Shown here: in pieces, positions 10,876 through 25,800 of the stretch
How the letters are laid out: each line of letters opens with the position of its first letter
How positions within the stretch are numbered: the first letter of the stretch is position 1
NCBI RefSeq assembly: GCF_021028975.2
Contig: NC_059433.1
Location: forward strand, 50,282,001-50,346,000
From: Sphaerodactylus townsendi
Lineage: Eukaryota
DNA: 64,000 nucleotides
Direction of reading: 5' to 3'
Notes under the pieces: model-generated
What the model saw: only the letters and a program-made list of their open reading frames with translations
What the model was told of the DNA's origin: nothing
Databases searched by the model: none
Position numbers and translations under genes: made by a program

Positions 10876-13800
10876 GTAAGGTTTTTTTTTTTTTTTTGGG
10901 GGGGGGGGGGATGGCTGGTGTTTGAAAAGCTCACTTGCAGCTAGTCAGCCCCAGAGAAACGATCCTGTTGATTTTGAGGCGCCTCTAAAGAGATTTCGTT
11001 TGAGCTGCCCAGAGAGGGGCGCGAAAGAAAAAGAAAATATTCTCTGAGCCATGGAGATCTGAACTTTCCTGCAGTTTGATTCTGTGTTTTTGCGGAGTGC
11101 ATTCTGCGCTGTTGAATGAAGAATTGTTGCACCCCAGGGGCTTGCTGGAACTGTGTGTCCTCGCCACACCCTACATTCAGTCATTATAACTTGGGCGAGC
11201 GCTTGCAGCGATAAAGTTCATGGCTTCGTGCCTGAAATTACCTATACGGAGGGATAAAGGTGAACGCTGGCATGGTGCTAAAGCGCCCCGGAAAGTTGTG
11301 GTTTGGGGAAACTGGGAGTTTCTCTCCAGATGTGTTGGAAACTGGGAAGTCAGTTGTAGCCAAAAGAAAAAAAATCCTACACCGGAAACCTCGCGGGAGA
11401 TCTTCGGAGCATCGGGTTTTTATCTAAATACGAAACCGTTCCTTGATTTTAAAAGATCGTGGCAACAGGATTAATTTGTTAGAATTGGGTTGTGCTCTGG
11501 GTTGTTGTTTTTAAACTAATTTACAAATTCCTGCTACTATGATGAGTCCTTTCTGGCTTTTTCTGATTTGTAAAACAAGGTTACAAACAGCCTGCTGCCT
11601 GGTCACCTCTAAAGAGTGACTTATAGGTGATCAAGTGAGGGAACCTTTTGTAAACCGGTTTCAGAAGGTTAGTCCTGTCGGTCTGCAGCAGAAGAGTTAG
11701 ATTTGAGCCCAGTAGCTCCTCAGAAACGATCAAGATTTTCTGGGTATAAGCTTTTGAGAGCCATAGCTCTCTTCGGCTCATTCCGCACATGCAGAATAAT
11801 GCACTTTCAAACTGCTTTCAGTGCTCTTTGAAGCTGTGCGGAATGGCAAAATCCACTTGCAAACAGTTGTGAAAGTGGTTTGAAAACACATTATTTTGCG
11901 TGTGCGGAAGGGGCCTTCCTCTGGGGAAAACTATTCCCTGAGAATCTTGTTGCACTGTAAGGTGCTGCTAAATTCGAATCTAGCTCTTCTGTAAATGAGA
12001 AAAGGGGGTGGTACTTTTTCTCCTTCCTATTATCAGAAGTGAGTTCCTTCCATAAATGACTATTATTAGGAAGGTGTGGGTTGGTAGACTTTTAACACAT
12101 AAAAAGCTTTTGTGAATTTGTTGTTGGTTGGTTGAAAAAGCAAGTAGTGGTCACTTTTTTCTTTGCTTATGATGTCCAAGAAAGTTTGATTTTTTTTTCT
12201 TGTAGGAATAATTTTAGTTTTTCCATATGAGAGTAATAGCCCCAATGTTCTTATTTTTTTTTGTAATAAACTAATAGGAATCAGAATCAGCATATATATT
12301 GGAAGTTCAAATGGGTTATTAATCCCTCTGCTCCTTTGTGGCTTTCCAAAGGAAATAAAATACTTCTTTCCCATCAGTTCTACATAGATTTATTTCCTGG
12401 ATCAGTGCCCTAATATTCATCATTTACTATACCACCTGAGGTTATAATTTGACAGCCTGCTACTTGACAAAGCTGCACACAAGGCCTTTCTTGGCGTAAA
12501 TCAGTTTATGAGAAAACTGTTTAGAATCACAGACAGGTGCAAGTTCCATCATGCTTGGATTTCCTTGCCACATTTTAGAAATTTGGTATGGCAGCCATTG
12601 TCATTTGATTTGACCCCCCCCCCCACTTTTCCGTGGAAAATGTTAACTGTTTCATAGCTGATCATTCGAACATACAAAGTACTAATAAAGTGGAGAGTAT
12701 TTCTGGCCATATATGCTGTTGCTGCCAGTCTCTCACACCTGTCCCATTACTATGTTTAGTCTGGAATGATTTCCTACTCTAAAACTGATTTTTAAACATC
12801 ACAGACAAGAAACAGCTAGAATCTTGAAGTACAGAACATAACAAAGCCCATGCTCAGAAATATGACTGTGTATATATGAGGCCCTGCAGACATGTGTTTA
12901 AGAAGTGCTTATTCTAGGCTAAAGTGTCAGAACTCTGACAGACAGCCACATTTTTAGATAGGCAGAGTGCCACTTTTTTAATGCTGCCCTTGTAAAAATG
13001 TGTATTATAAGCTAGTATAGTCTTTTGATTACTAAAGGGAAACATCACTAAAATGGCATCTCACCTGTAATCTTTTCAGACCTTTGTGACCAGGAATTCA
13101 CATGCCTTAGGAGTCTTGACTCCCTGTGTGAATTCATGAAGTAGTTTTGCTCTATTTTCCAGCATGAGTCAGTTAACACACCTCAAGGAAAAGAAGTTTG
13201 TAAGCCACAATGAGTCTCCTTACATGAGAGAAAGGCGAGAGAGAAATCCAAACTCTTCTTCTTGACTGTAATAAACAAATTTGCTAACATTTTTCCACAG
13301 TTATTTGTTATACCATCTCCCAAGAGTGGAGAAAACAGCCCAAGACCCATCCTCAGGCCTTTTCTGAAATCAAAACGGGTGCCCTCATCCCTCATTGTTT
13401 CCAGTGGGAGCGAATAGGAAATGGGTCTGTGCTGTGATTTTATGGACCTTTGAGGGTCCATAAAATTGTATCTCCTGAACCAAACATCACCAAACCTGGG
13501 TGGTATCATCAAGAGAGTCTCCTAAAGATACCCCGAAATTTTGGTCCCACTAGCTTAGAAAATGTGCCCCTGACAGGCACCCCAAGAAACTTCCCCAGAT
13601 TCTCCCTTTGAACTGACCTGGCTCCATTGCAGCTAATGTGACATTTCTGGGTATGTGTAAGCAGGGTGTACATGTTTCAAGGTAGAGGCATGCAACTTTC
13701 AGGGTGGCTCCAGGAGACACTCATCTCATCCCTGGCTGATGGCCTCCTGGCCACCTCACCAGCCTCTCTCTTCCCCTGAAGGAAGTACAGCCTGGTGGTG

Positions 13801-16800
13801 CTTCTTCAAATGGTTCCAGAACTCAGATGTCGTGAGATGATATATGTCTCTTCCACGACTGATCTATGCCCTACCGAATCACCAAGCAAGGAAGTGGAAT
13901 CAGTGTATTAAATATTAGAGCAATTTTTAAACTCCTAGTTGTAACCCTTCAGTTCATGATGTACTAAAGAAACGCTTGGCGTGTTGGAGTTTGTAGCATT
14001 TTGTTGGAGGCAAGAGATCACAGCAACAAACCTTCTGCATTTTGAAACAGAAATTGGGATTTATCTTGGCTGTTCTAGGGTGACTTACCCAGAATATCAT
14101 GCTGTTTAAGACAATCTAGTGTGTTTGTGGGTGGGATATTCTGTTTCATGCTTGTCCATGCGCACTGCAGAGAATGAAAGAAAAGAGATAACTGTATGAA
14201 GGCTGTTACTGGCCAGCTCCTGACTGAGAATACATGAGACTGAATTATACACACATTTTGCTTGTTTACTGGTATTCCCCCAATTGCATATTATATTCCA
14301 GTAGAAACAATTTTGTTCTTGTAGTCCAATTAGTTTCCATTTGCATCAGTGGCAACCTGACAATGGCCACCACAGGGTTTTTACAGTGAATAAAAATAAT
14401 GCAGTATTTTATGTGGACAGGCCAAGCAATTTCTCCTAAACTACTTCTTGCTCAAGAGCTATCAACACAATGTTAGGATTTCCTAGGATGCTTGGAAGTA
14501 CTACTCATTTTCCACATGATACTGTATTGGATTTAACACTAAAATATTGCCATCGAAATATAAATCTGCTTTGAATGAGGTACTTCTGGTGGTTATTCCA
14601 GGGACAAACTGAACACGTACAGCAGTTCTTCACTTAATTTGTTCCGTGATCATGGTGCTGAAATTGCCTCAGCAACTGCTCTTGTTGAGGTAGCATTTTG
14701 AGGAATTAATCCTATTGTTCTACACTGGAATGACTTCATCCTTGTATAAACTCCCTCTTCTCTCAGGTTTTGATTTCTGTGCATGTATACTTACTATCCT
14801 TCAGTTTGAAGTTGGACTATTCTGGCTATATAAAAATTTGCTTCAAGGGCCACATGTTCAGACATCAGATCTCTGAGATGTCTTGTCCACTGAGTCATCA
14901 CAAACTCACAGGGTACAGAAGATCTAAACCACAAACTACGAAGAACCTGATTAACAAGTAAGCACAGATCAATCAGCAAGTTGCTCTGGAAATAACCATT
15001 ACCACTTCTACTTATGTAGAGTGTTAACAAACGCTCTGCTCTGGAGTTTAGGTTGTTTTTTAAAATTTAACATAAGTCACTGAAAACTGATTTTGGAAGT
15101 AGAACATTGCTGGATCAACCCTCAGAGCCTATGCACTGTTGGCAGAGTTCTAATTATACATAGAAGGGGCAGATTCGCTGATTAAAGATAAAGTTAAATG
15201 TTTATTAGGTAATTACATTTCCGATAGGAAAGATGAGACACAGCCTCAAGCTATCTAACTGATTAAGGTTTGGGAGAAAGAGAAGTGACATCCAAGAAGA
15301 AGGAGGAAATCTAAGGACAGACAAGAGGTGACAATCTAAGGACAGACAAAAGGGGACACAAAAGGACAGAAGGGTCTCTGACCTTACATCCCTGTCTAGC
15401 TGACTACTTGCCCGTCCCTGCTGGGTCTTCTCAGTTCCTTTGCATACTAGACATTGTTACTTTCAGCAAGCACACAGTAGTGATCCTGGTCATATACCTA
15501 AACTAGTAGCAGTATAGGGATGCCCACAAAAGTATGCCTATGTTTTCAAGTGTCTGTCAAGCCCACAAAAGCCCTACAGATCATAAAAAGCCTTCATCTA
15601 GAAGCCTCCTGTAAGTAGGTCAGATTGGGACCTGCTGGGTCCAGTTGAAGTGCACTCAGAGAATCCATTTTAAAAAATTGTTCCTGAATCCTTGAAAATA
15701 AAAGTTTTCATCAAATAATATGTGTGTTTTGGGGTCTTCATGTTGAATCAGTGAAGCACATTCAAATGTTTGTAATGTCTCCAAAATCATTAGGACGTTT
15801 GATGAGCAAAGTCTGTTTAATTCTGCCAAGCTCTTTATGCATGTTTAATGAAAACAGAAACTCAGCTTTGCATACCTGTTTGGAAAGGTTGCAAGTAGAA
15901 TAATAATATGTCTCCGCATCATGCTGAGACTGAAAACAACTTAAGGAAAGTGATCTTAAACTGAAAAAATTTAGAAGGGGGGGGGCGAAATCACCTCTCC
16001 CTGCCTGCTCATTTTCTACTGAGCAGCAGCCAACCATTGGATTTAGGGGGAAAGTAGGAAAAATTGTGGAACACTAACTCTGATGTTAACTATCTTTACT
16101 TGGAAATAAGGCTAATTGATTTCAGTAGAATTTATTTCCAAATATTTATGACTAGGATTAATGACCTAAAAGCTATATTCTCCAGTCAACATATATATGC
16201 AATAAAATAAAGCTTTCTTCCATGGCCTGTATTGAATGGGTGAAAATAACTTGAACCGGAGGTATGATTTAGACTTAAAAAAAAAAGAGTATAGGAATCT
16301 TTCTTGGAATAATTTTGAGATAGCCAGTAGCCAAAGAAGAAAACACTAATGCTACTAAAAATAGTGGTTGTAGACATTCCTTTCATACGCATATCAAATG
16401 TTGACTGAATAATAAATTTTGAAAAATCTGAAGGTTCTGGACACAATTGAAATAGCAGTTGGGATTAGCAGATTGTGATTCTGAACAATAAAAAAGACTC
16501 CGTCTCACCTCACCTGCCCTCTTTTGCTGAGATGTTGCCTCCCTGCAGGTTTCATTGCCATAGATCCTGTCTCTGGATTGGCACTTGGAGAGAGGTGTGA
16601 CACTGGCTCATCTTTACCCCCTGTTCTTGTCAATCTCTTCTGTAAAGTCCTTAAGAGAAATCATTCATACATTTGGGGTAGGCTGTCATCCATATTACTT
16701 TAGCCAGATTGACTGATAGTGCTATGGAGATCCTGATCCAGTACTTACTGCTGTGGTTCAGTGGTAAACAGGGGAGAACAAGTTGAAGATGAATCTTGGC

Positions 16801-19800
16801 AACATGGATATAAGGCTGGTTGAAAAGGCTGTGGTCTTGAGGAACACTGATTCTCAATTACTTAGTTAACAGCAATGGGGTTATAGTGGACCCAGCACTA
16901 TTACTGGAGAAGCAAGTTAATGCTGCTGCAGCAGCAGCAGCAAAAAAAAAAGGTATTCTATTAGTTTCATTTAACCCAGAAGATGGCCCTCTACCTTGAC
17001 TCGGCTGATCTGGCCACATGGATCCATGCTATGATTACCTTGAAACTAGACTATTGTGATGCACTCTGTAAGGGCCTGTTCTTAAAGACAACTTTAAGAA
17101 ACTCCAGTTGATGCAGAATGCTGCAGCCTGCTTAGTGTCAGGTGCTAGGTGGGACATGCATGTCATACCCATTCTGCAGATACTGCTTTGATTGCCAATC
17201 AGTTACTGAGTTCAATTTCAGGTTCTGGTTATCATCTACAAAGCCCTTGATGACCTTGGATCTGCATACTTGCAGTGCTGCCTCTCCCGCTACTCTTCGC
17301 TGCAACCAGTTTTTTTCATCCAAACAAAGCCTCCTAAAGAGGCTACCCTTCAAAAGCCTTCCATAGAATGTGCAAACCAGAAATGTTCAGGAGATATTTT
17401 TAAAAGGAATGTATTAGAATGGAACAGTTCAGGTGGGGACCTTTATAATGGAATAGAATTGTAATCATTGCTGTGATTATTGTTGGTATCACCAACTTTT
17501 ACAGCCTTGTTTTATACCTTGTAATTCATGTTGTCTTCATTTGTTGTTAGCATTGTTCTCTGATTCTGTAAGCCTATTCCCATTGCATTGTCTATTAGTT
17601 GTTTTATGTAGTTTGATTTTACTCTTAGCCATATAACTACACCCAGGCCTTGACTTAGCATAGCTACAGCAGTACCTTATGGTCTAAGCAAAGAAAGACA
17701 GTGCTGGGTGTCATCAGTATATTGATGATACTGTACTTCAAACCTCCAAATTATCTTTGACAGAGGGTTTTATCCAGGGACTGCCTATTTCTAACTGCTA
17801 AAAACCTTGAACAGTAATCACAAACACTGTGGGGAGGTACAGAAAAACAGGTGCTGGGCTTTCTAGTGAACTGTATATATGAAACAAATATAAAGTACTT
17901 CCGCCCTCACTAAATTAGTGTGAGATATATTATAAACAAAACTCAGAATGAATGGCCAAACATCAGAACCAAAAGATTCCTATGTGCTTTCAAACATTTT
18001 GGCGGTGACTGTGCCCCACAATGTAAGTGGGAAAAATGCAAACTTCTCACACCACCTGCAATTCAATAAATTAATCATTTAAATTCCATAGAATCTTTTG
18101 GATTGAACCAAAACTTATCTACCTTTATATGAGTTGTTGCAGTCTCTCAGCATAGAAAGTGGCTTCATGAGGTCATCAATCATGACTCAAACCCAGATTT
18201 ACTTAATTTAGCAGAGTGACACTTATAACGAGGACTAGAGCGGGCATTACTGATCGGGTATAATACAATCCTGAGTAATTCAATGTGATTTTTTTAAGCT
18301 TGATGACAGAAAAAAATATTGTCCCGAATACAATCATCAGTGGTTATCACATTCCTCTAAATAGGAAAGGATCAAACTATTACTGCTTGAACAGTAAGTA
18401 GAGCAGACTGCAAATTGCTTCACATTAATGCCTCAGTCAAGCTAGGGAAGCAGCTGCATGCTGAAGTAATTTGCTTACTGTATTATAACTGAATTGTTGA
18501 GTTGTGTAATAGTTCAATGTGATATAACTTTCTTGTTCTTCAGATTCAAATCCCAGATAAAGTCAGTCATAGCTTATCGTAACAGAAATACCTGTATAGG
18601 AATCGAAGGCGTATCTGGGCCAAACTGTGCCGGGGCGGACTCTATGTTTTCCGAGACCTTGGGGCTCTCAAGGTCTCCTGGGTAGTGTAGTTCCCACCAG
18701 GGCCCTTTTCAGGCCATTTCCCAGGCTGAACTTTTTCAGGCTGAACTAAGAAGTAGGGGGGTGCAGGGGGCCACAGGAGGGAGGGGCAATTTTCCTGGCC
18801 CCCTAGATGTGCACCTGGTGCAATCCCCCCACCCCCTTGTAATTTTGCTACTGATAGGAATGAATGCAAAATATGCAAGGGATTTTAGATAAAGCACCTT
18901 CATATTGATCCAAAGTTTCTTTACTATCTTTTTCCTAGTCTGTACCTGCACAGGTCTGAGAAAAGGCATGAATCAGGTTGAACTGTGCTGGAGAATATGA
19001 CAGAATTATTTGTAATGCCAGGGCAGGGTAGAATTTGGCATGAGACAAAGAAACGTATGTCTCATCCAGAACAAAGAAATCCACCCTGGAACAGAAACCT
19101 CTCCTGGGCTAGACATGCATCTTTGAAACTTGCTGGGACTTGAAAAACAATGTCATGACAGACATACTGATTTTTGTACTAAGGACTGGGAGACGCCCTC
19201 AGAAATACTTATTGTATATACTGTCTATTTTCTTAGAACAGTATTTACAGTTCCAGAGGGGCATGTGCATTTTCATGAGAAAACCATAAATTCAAATCAT
19301 AACTACCAACAACTGAAAATATTTTAAAAGTACATACAAGCCTTCTTATTTGGCAGTTTATATTTGCATGGCATATTTAAAACCCTAGTTCCATTAAGAA
19401 GCATGCAGCTGATGAAATAGGCTCTTGCCCATGTTTCTGTAAGGCTGCATCCCTAAATACACTTTTTATGGAGTAAGCACCACTGACTCGTAACCTCATC
19501 CGTAGCTCTCGGCATCAGGATACAGTGCTTCTGTAGCGCTACTCCACTTCCTCCAAGATGGCTTTCTAGTGGCATGGGGAGCAAAAAATGCAACCCTCAC
19601 CACCACCTCCAGAAAGCCCACCATAGGACTTACAGGACCACCAAACAGGCTCCTGGCCCTAAACTAGTGTTGGCTCCTGGGAACACCCCTTCCCCACTCC
19701 AAGACTGGCGTCCAGTTGGGACACCAGCTCAGCCCTGCTGTGGTGTGAACATCTGGATTTTGTGGCAGCAGGTCTGAGGGCAGGTGGCTGCTGATGCATC

Positions 19801-22800
19801 TGCCTCCTCTGCTGGGGAAAGTGCCCTGGGGAGGGCAAACGCAATGGTGCAATGCCACACTGCTCTTTCAAGCCGGTTTGCCTCCCCCAGTTGGGGCTGT
19901 CAGTGGGGCTTAATAATGAGCAAACCTGTTTAAGACCATGCTGCACATCTCTCTTTAAGTTGCCATGAGGGTCTCTTTTGTTTGTGAGTGAAGTAAAGAT
20001 GAATGAATGAATATAGGCTCACAATTCAACTCTCACTTTATTTGTTTAGAAAATTTCCTTGCTACTTCTGTAGGGCAACTGCTCTAGCTCTCTAAAAAAA
20101 CTGGTTGACAAAGTAAAACTTCATAAACCACACTACAATAAAAGCATTGAAAGCTGCACATAACATTTAGCTGCTTAAAATGAGCCTCATGCAACAGTTC
20201 TCAAGCTTTTTTAAAAAGTATTGTCAAAGGCTTTCATGACTTGAATCAACTGACTATTGTGGGTTTTCGGGGCTGTTTGGCCAAAGTATCAGACCACAGC
20301 CACATAGCCTGGAAATCCCACACCAGTCAGAAAAAAACCTATAAAAATGGTGAAAACTCAATTAATGAATTTGAGTTTTAATTAAAATTAATTGAAAACT
20401 CAATTAATGAATTTAGACTGTAATTCTCAGTAGCACAACATTGCTGTATTTTTGATGTTTACCAAATAGACATTCTGTGCTATTTGTAGAGTTGCCAATT
20501 TCCAAAGGGAACCTGGGGAGCCGCTAGAATTACAATGTATTGTTGAAGGCTTTCACGGCTGGATTCAACTGGTTCTGGTGGGTTTTCCGGGTTGCGTAGC
20601 CGTGGTCTGGTGGATCTTGTTCCTAACGTTTCGCCTGCATCTGTGGCTGGCATCTTCAGAGGTGTATCACAGAGGGAAGTCTGTTACACACTATGTCCAG
20701 AGAGAAGGAAACGTTTGGGGGTATATATTGTCCATGTCCCAGGGTGGGGAACCAATCAGTAAGTGTTTGGGTGGAACTTGTTATGCAAAGATGTGGTTGA
20801 TGGTATTGTATTGCGGGTGGGGCTTATCAGTCCAGGGAGTGATTCACATTTTCACTTCTTTCTGGACAGTGTGTAACAAGACTTCCGTCTGTGATACACC
20901 TCTGAAGATGCCAGCCACAGATGCAGGCAAAACGTTAAGAACAAAATCCACCAGACCACGGCCACACAGCCCGGAAAACACACCAGAACCAGCTAGAATT
21001 ACAGTTTGTCTCCAGATGACAGAGATCACTTCCCCTGGAGAAAAGAGGCTGCACTCAATGGCATCATTCTCCACTGAGGACCTACCTTCCCCAAACCCGT
21101 CTTACCCTGGGGCCATCCCTGTTATCCAGGAATTTCACAACCCAGAGCTGGCAACCCAGAGCCGCCCCCCCCCCATCTCTCCTGACATCATGATGTCCTG
21201 ATAGCATTTCACAGAGCGGTTGCTCCCATTCCACAAAACTGGCTCCAGACTGTTCAGCCTGATGTCAGGGCACACTGTAAGCAGTAGCAGAGGGGAAGGA
21301 GGAAATGCCATCGAGAAGCAGCCCTGTATTTATTTATCATGCCGCTTCAGTTTGAATTCAAAGACTGATGCTTCAGAGATAATTTATTCATACTGATAAG
21401 AAGCCAGTGGAGCATCTTGTTTCAGTACTCTGTTAAAATCTAAACTGGATTTGGAACATTATTGGGTGAATGAAAGGAGGAAAAGCACTTACTGGGTAGG
21501 ATCCAGCCAACTTTTCTGCCATGAGGTCCTGTTTGACACAAAAAGCTATGCTAGAAGTCATGAGACCAGCATGGTCAATGGCCATGTAAAACAAGCTTTA
21601 GTAAGAACAGGAATTTGGTGAAACTGACAGCCCAGGGTGGGGGTGGGGTGGGGGATTAACAGGTCGATGGAAGCTGGTCTGTTTGTCCCTCCACTGGCAT
21701 AAGAGGCACCCCTGCTGGCTGAAAGGGAAAAGGTGCCAGCGGCTAGGCACCCCTCTGCTCTGTGGCAGTGAAACCAGGAAGTAGCCACTGCAAAGGAACA
21801 CTGTCGGAGAAACACTATCAGAGACTGGCACCACGGGAGGGGATGAGGTGTGTTCCCGGGACTGGAACTGACAATAATTGTCTTCCACCCAGGCTTTATG
21901 GCCAGGAACATGGAACCCAGGGCTTAGGGAGGGTTTCCAGGCAGCTGGGTTATTTTTTGGTTTAGCTGCCCCCTGGTGCCACCTGAGAGCCCACTGGAGG
22001 TGATGGTGTGGCAGTGGCATCATCCCCAGCTACTAGGAGAACTTGGAGTACACTGTGAGTGAATAAACTGGCTGGATCCAACCCACTATTATTGCCAGTA
22101 AGGGTCTTATTGATGAATCCTGCCCACTGATTTCCATTTCTGCTATGTAGATTTGCACAGTTTTCCTATTTGCATATTTAAAAAATATTTTCATTTTTTT
22201 CTTGCAGAGCTGCATAATTTTTGGAAATGGACTTCATGTAGAGGTAGGAGACTGAAATCATCATGTAAAAATGTCAATAAAAGGTGCAAGGATGACCAGA
22301 GAGATCATATAATTCTCTGGTAGTGATTGGGCAAGGAAGCTAGGCTACTAGCTGGCCTGCAAGTTCTCTGTACTGAGAAAACTCATGTAATCTTCTATAG
22401 AACTGTGTAATAGTTAGTCTCAGTATTTCTGAAATGTATACCACCCACTTGTTAACACGTAAGCAGTCAAACCTCTCCTCACATTAAGGGGTTCCATTGG
22501 AGACACAGGGACAAAAAACTGACATAAGAGCAAGATATTGCTCTACCTAAAATGGATGCCTTTCAGAGAGTTTGGGCATCCATCTTGAGTGTCAAGTCTG
22601 AAATGACTGCTGAACTTTTCCCCTAGCCCTAAGGTGTGCCTGGCTGGACAATAGGGGCTAACCCCCACTGTGTCACCCTAAAGTGATTTAAGCAGTGCTT
22701 CAAACAGACCATTACCATATATACTTGTGTATAAGTCGACCCGCATATAAGTCAAGGCACCTAATTTTACCACAAAAAACTGGGAAAACCTATTGACTCA

Positions 22801-25800
22801 CGTATAAGTCGAGGGTGGGAAATGCAGCAGCTACTGGTAAATTTCAAAAATAAAAATAGATACCAATAACATTACATAACATAACATTACATAACATTAC
22901 ATCAATAGGTTAAATGTTTTTGAATATTTATTTCAAAGAAAAACAATAAAATAGCTCTGTAAGTGGAAAAGAGGGTCAACAAAAACAATATGGTCTCAAC
23001 AATAACTTTAAAAGGACAAAAACCTTAGCTCAACCAGCAGCAACCAAAGGTAAGAAACACCACGAGTTAAAAATCAGCTTCAAAACTGGATTTTTTTTGG
23101 TCAGGGGAGGAATGTTTATGTTAGCAGTACCAACATTTCAGAGTATCTTTAGGAGACCCTCCTGATGATACCACCCAGGTTTGGTGAAGTTTGGTTCAAG
23201 GGGTCCAAAGTTATGGACCCTCAAAATGTAGCCCCATCTACTATTACTTCCCATTGGAAACAATGGGGGATAGGGGCACCCCCTTTGGGGGTCCATAACT
23301 TTGGACCCCCTGAACCAAAATTTACCAAACCTGGGTGGTATCATCAGGAGGGTCTCTTGAAAAATCCCTGAAATTTTGGTGCTGCTAGCCTAAAAACTGC
23401 GCCCCCTGGCGGCTGACAAAGTAAAAACCCTAAAATATTTTTTTTAAATACACCTGATTCGCGTATAAGTCGAGGGGGGCTTTTTCAGCACAAAAAAATG
23501 TACTGAAAAATTCAACTTGTATGTGAGTATATACGGTACTTATCCTGTCTGCACCCATCCAAGCAATCAATCATTATTCAGGAGAATAGCCCAAACATCA
23601 AGCCTCTCCTATCTTTTTGTTTGAACCCTGGAAAAGCAATCAATACTTTTGTCTCTTCCTTTCCTGCCAGCTTACCTAATACCACCTCAGACCCATTTGG
23701 GGGTATATAAATTGGTCCTTTGGCCACTCATAGTGTGTGTGTTCTGGATCCACACGCACACTCCCACTTCTATGTGGGCTCTTTCCTTTGCTCCTGAAAA
23801 CACTGGTGGTTTTCCTCTTTAGTGCTGCTTTCTCTGGATGACCCTTCAAGACTGGTAACTGTCATCCATCCCTGAAATCCTAACAAATTTATTTCCTTTT
23901 CTCTTAACCCTTGTTTCCTTTGTGTGCACATGCACATTGTTTAAAATGCATTTCTTGTTTTACTATGTTTATCTTACTATATGATTGAGCAGCGTGTTCC
24001 TCATGATGAACAAGAAAAAGTGGCCATCTGGGAGGGCCAAGAGCTGCACTTCCCAACAACTTGAAAAGGGTTCTGCTATAGGGAACGCTGCTGCCTTCAT
24101 GCAGGCACTTTCCAGAGAGGCGGGGGTGCTGTTGTGAAAGCAGCTGTGCAGAGACAATAGGCACCCTGCTGACCCCCCCCCCCCTTTGTAAAGCAGGGAT
24201 CCAGCTTTGCAAGCAAGGGGGATGCTTATAGAGATAGGGAGCACTCTCCTCATCTCCACAGGCATCCTGCTGCTCCCCTTCTTTGCAAAGCCAGGATCTA
24301 GCTTTGCAAATGTTGGGGGAGGTATACCTATGGAGATGGGGAGAACAACAATTTTCTAGAGCCCACTGTATCTTCTAACTCGTCAGGCTTTATTGCAAGT
24401 TCATTAATAAAATCAATTTTAATTGTACAACTGCCTGCTCATTTGAGAGTTTTCACCCAGGACTATCCTGGTATGCATAGGTTATTAAGCCAGTCTCACT
24501 CTGTCCCCAGTTAATTTCGCCCAACTAACGTGGAGACTTCCTACTGATAAAACCAAACACATAATATGCATCCAAAACCAACATAAAAATTAAAGCTGAT
24601 GAGGGCAATGTAGTGCCAAAGCCTGAGTAGATCAGTCCTAGAGGAAGGAGGAGTTTGTGTTTCTGAACACAATTTGGCTATCTCTTATAGAATAGACTGC
24701 TGTAATCTGTTTAACATGTGTGTGGATTAACATTTCTAGAACAGTTTTCTTTTAAAATATTTTATTTAAAGTATAATCAAATTGTTGTTTGCATTAAATT
24801 ACATTCTGAAATGATTCTTTACAATTAAATGAAAAATAGGCATGTATGTGCAGTGTGCTATCAACCTGTAAGTTTTGAACTGATAGCTGGGAAGTGAAAA
24901 CAAAAATGACTGGATACACTAACTATTGCCGTTGAACCTTTTTTCCCTTGTCAGATTCTTGGTGGCAAAAGTGATCAGCTGTCAAGTACAAACAGCCTAA
25001 TGAGGCAGAAGCGAGAATGGGTTGTTCCACCTGCAGTCATCACGGAAGGGCAGGACAACTCCAAGAGGAATCCAATTGCTAGAGTAAGGCACATACAAGA
25101 TGAATAAAAGCCTGATGAGTGTGGATACATGTTTCTCGCTTGGAGGGGGGGCATCTTGATCTTTGGGTTACTTCCATCAGCTGTTTGAGGAGTCAGGGCT
25201 AACTTAAAATAAAGGAACAAGAAACATCAACAAATAACAAGTACAGCATCAAGCAGACTGCTAGGACAGGAGAAATACTGGAATTCCTTCACCAGCCAGT
25301 CAAGCATCAAGGGAGGATAGATGATACATCTAACCTTCACCCAAGAATAGTTTCTGTTTACTGGCACATTTTTATGTTACAACGTAGTTACCACCTATTT
25401 TTGTTAATGTTCTCTGTTATATTCTTCCTTCAAAAACAAATCACTATGCCTTAATGACACTGATTCAAAAACCATTTAAAGTGCAAAGTGCTTTTTAACG
25501 AAGTGAAGAATAAGTTAACTCTGCCTCCATGAACACCAATGGGAATAGCCCAAAGATCATGATGCCTTCTTTGCCTTGGAGCAGAATCAACCTTCATGCT
25601 GATTATCCAAGATTCTGCTCTGTGACATTGTCATATTCCCCCTTCCTCAATAGAACTTTTTGAAGGAAAAAGCATTTGCACTGGGATGGAAATGTATTTT
25701 AACCAACTCATGAATACAGTCTCAGTCTCCTTCTGATTTCTTGGTTGCAGCCTCCCTTTTGAGTGATGATGGTGTTGGAATAAGCTACTTCTGCATGCCT

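Noticed and set aside
10022-10934. Several 90-170 aa ORFs around the DSG2 promoter
   Set aside because: They arise from the GC-rich CpG island and MITE sequence; the real coding exon is 10831-10875
15108-15467. Possible minus-strand solo LTR (TG...CA, reverse AATAAA, short internal duplication)
   Set aside because: No clear TSD and boundaries uncertain
20578-21201. 207-aa ORF
   Set aside because: It runs through Penelope inverted arms and a MITE, has no ATG start, and shows no recognisable domain
23138-23371. Two near-identical 68-aa ORFs on opposite strands, plus a similar ORF at 13183-13512
   Set aside because: By-product of a palindromic repeat, not a gene family
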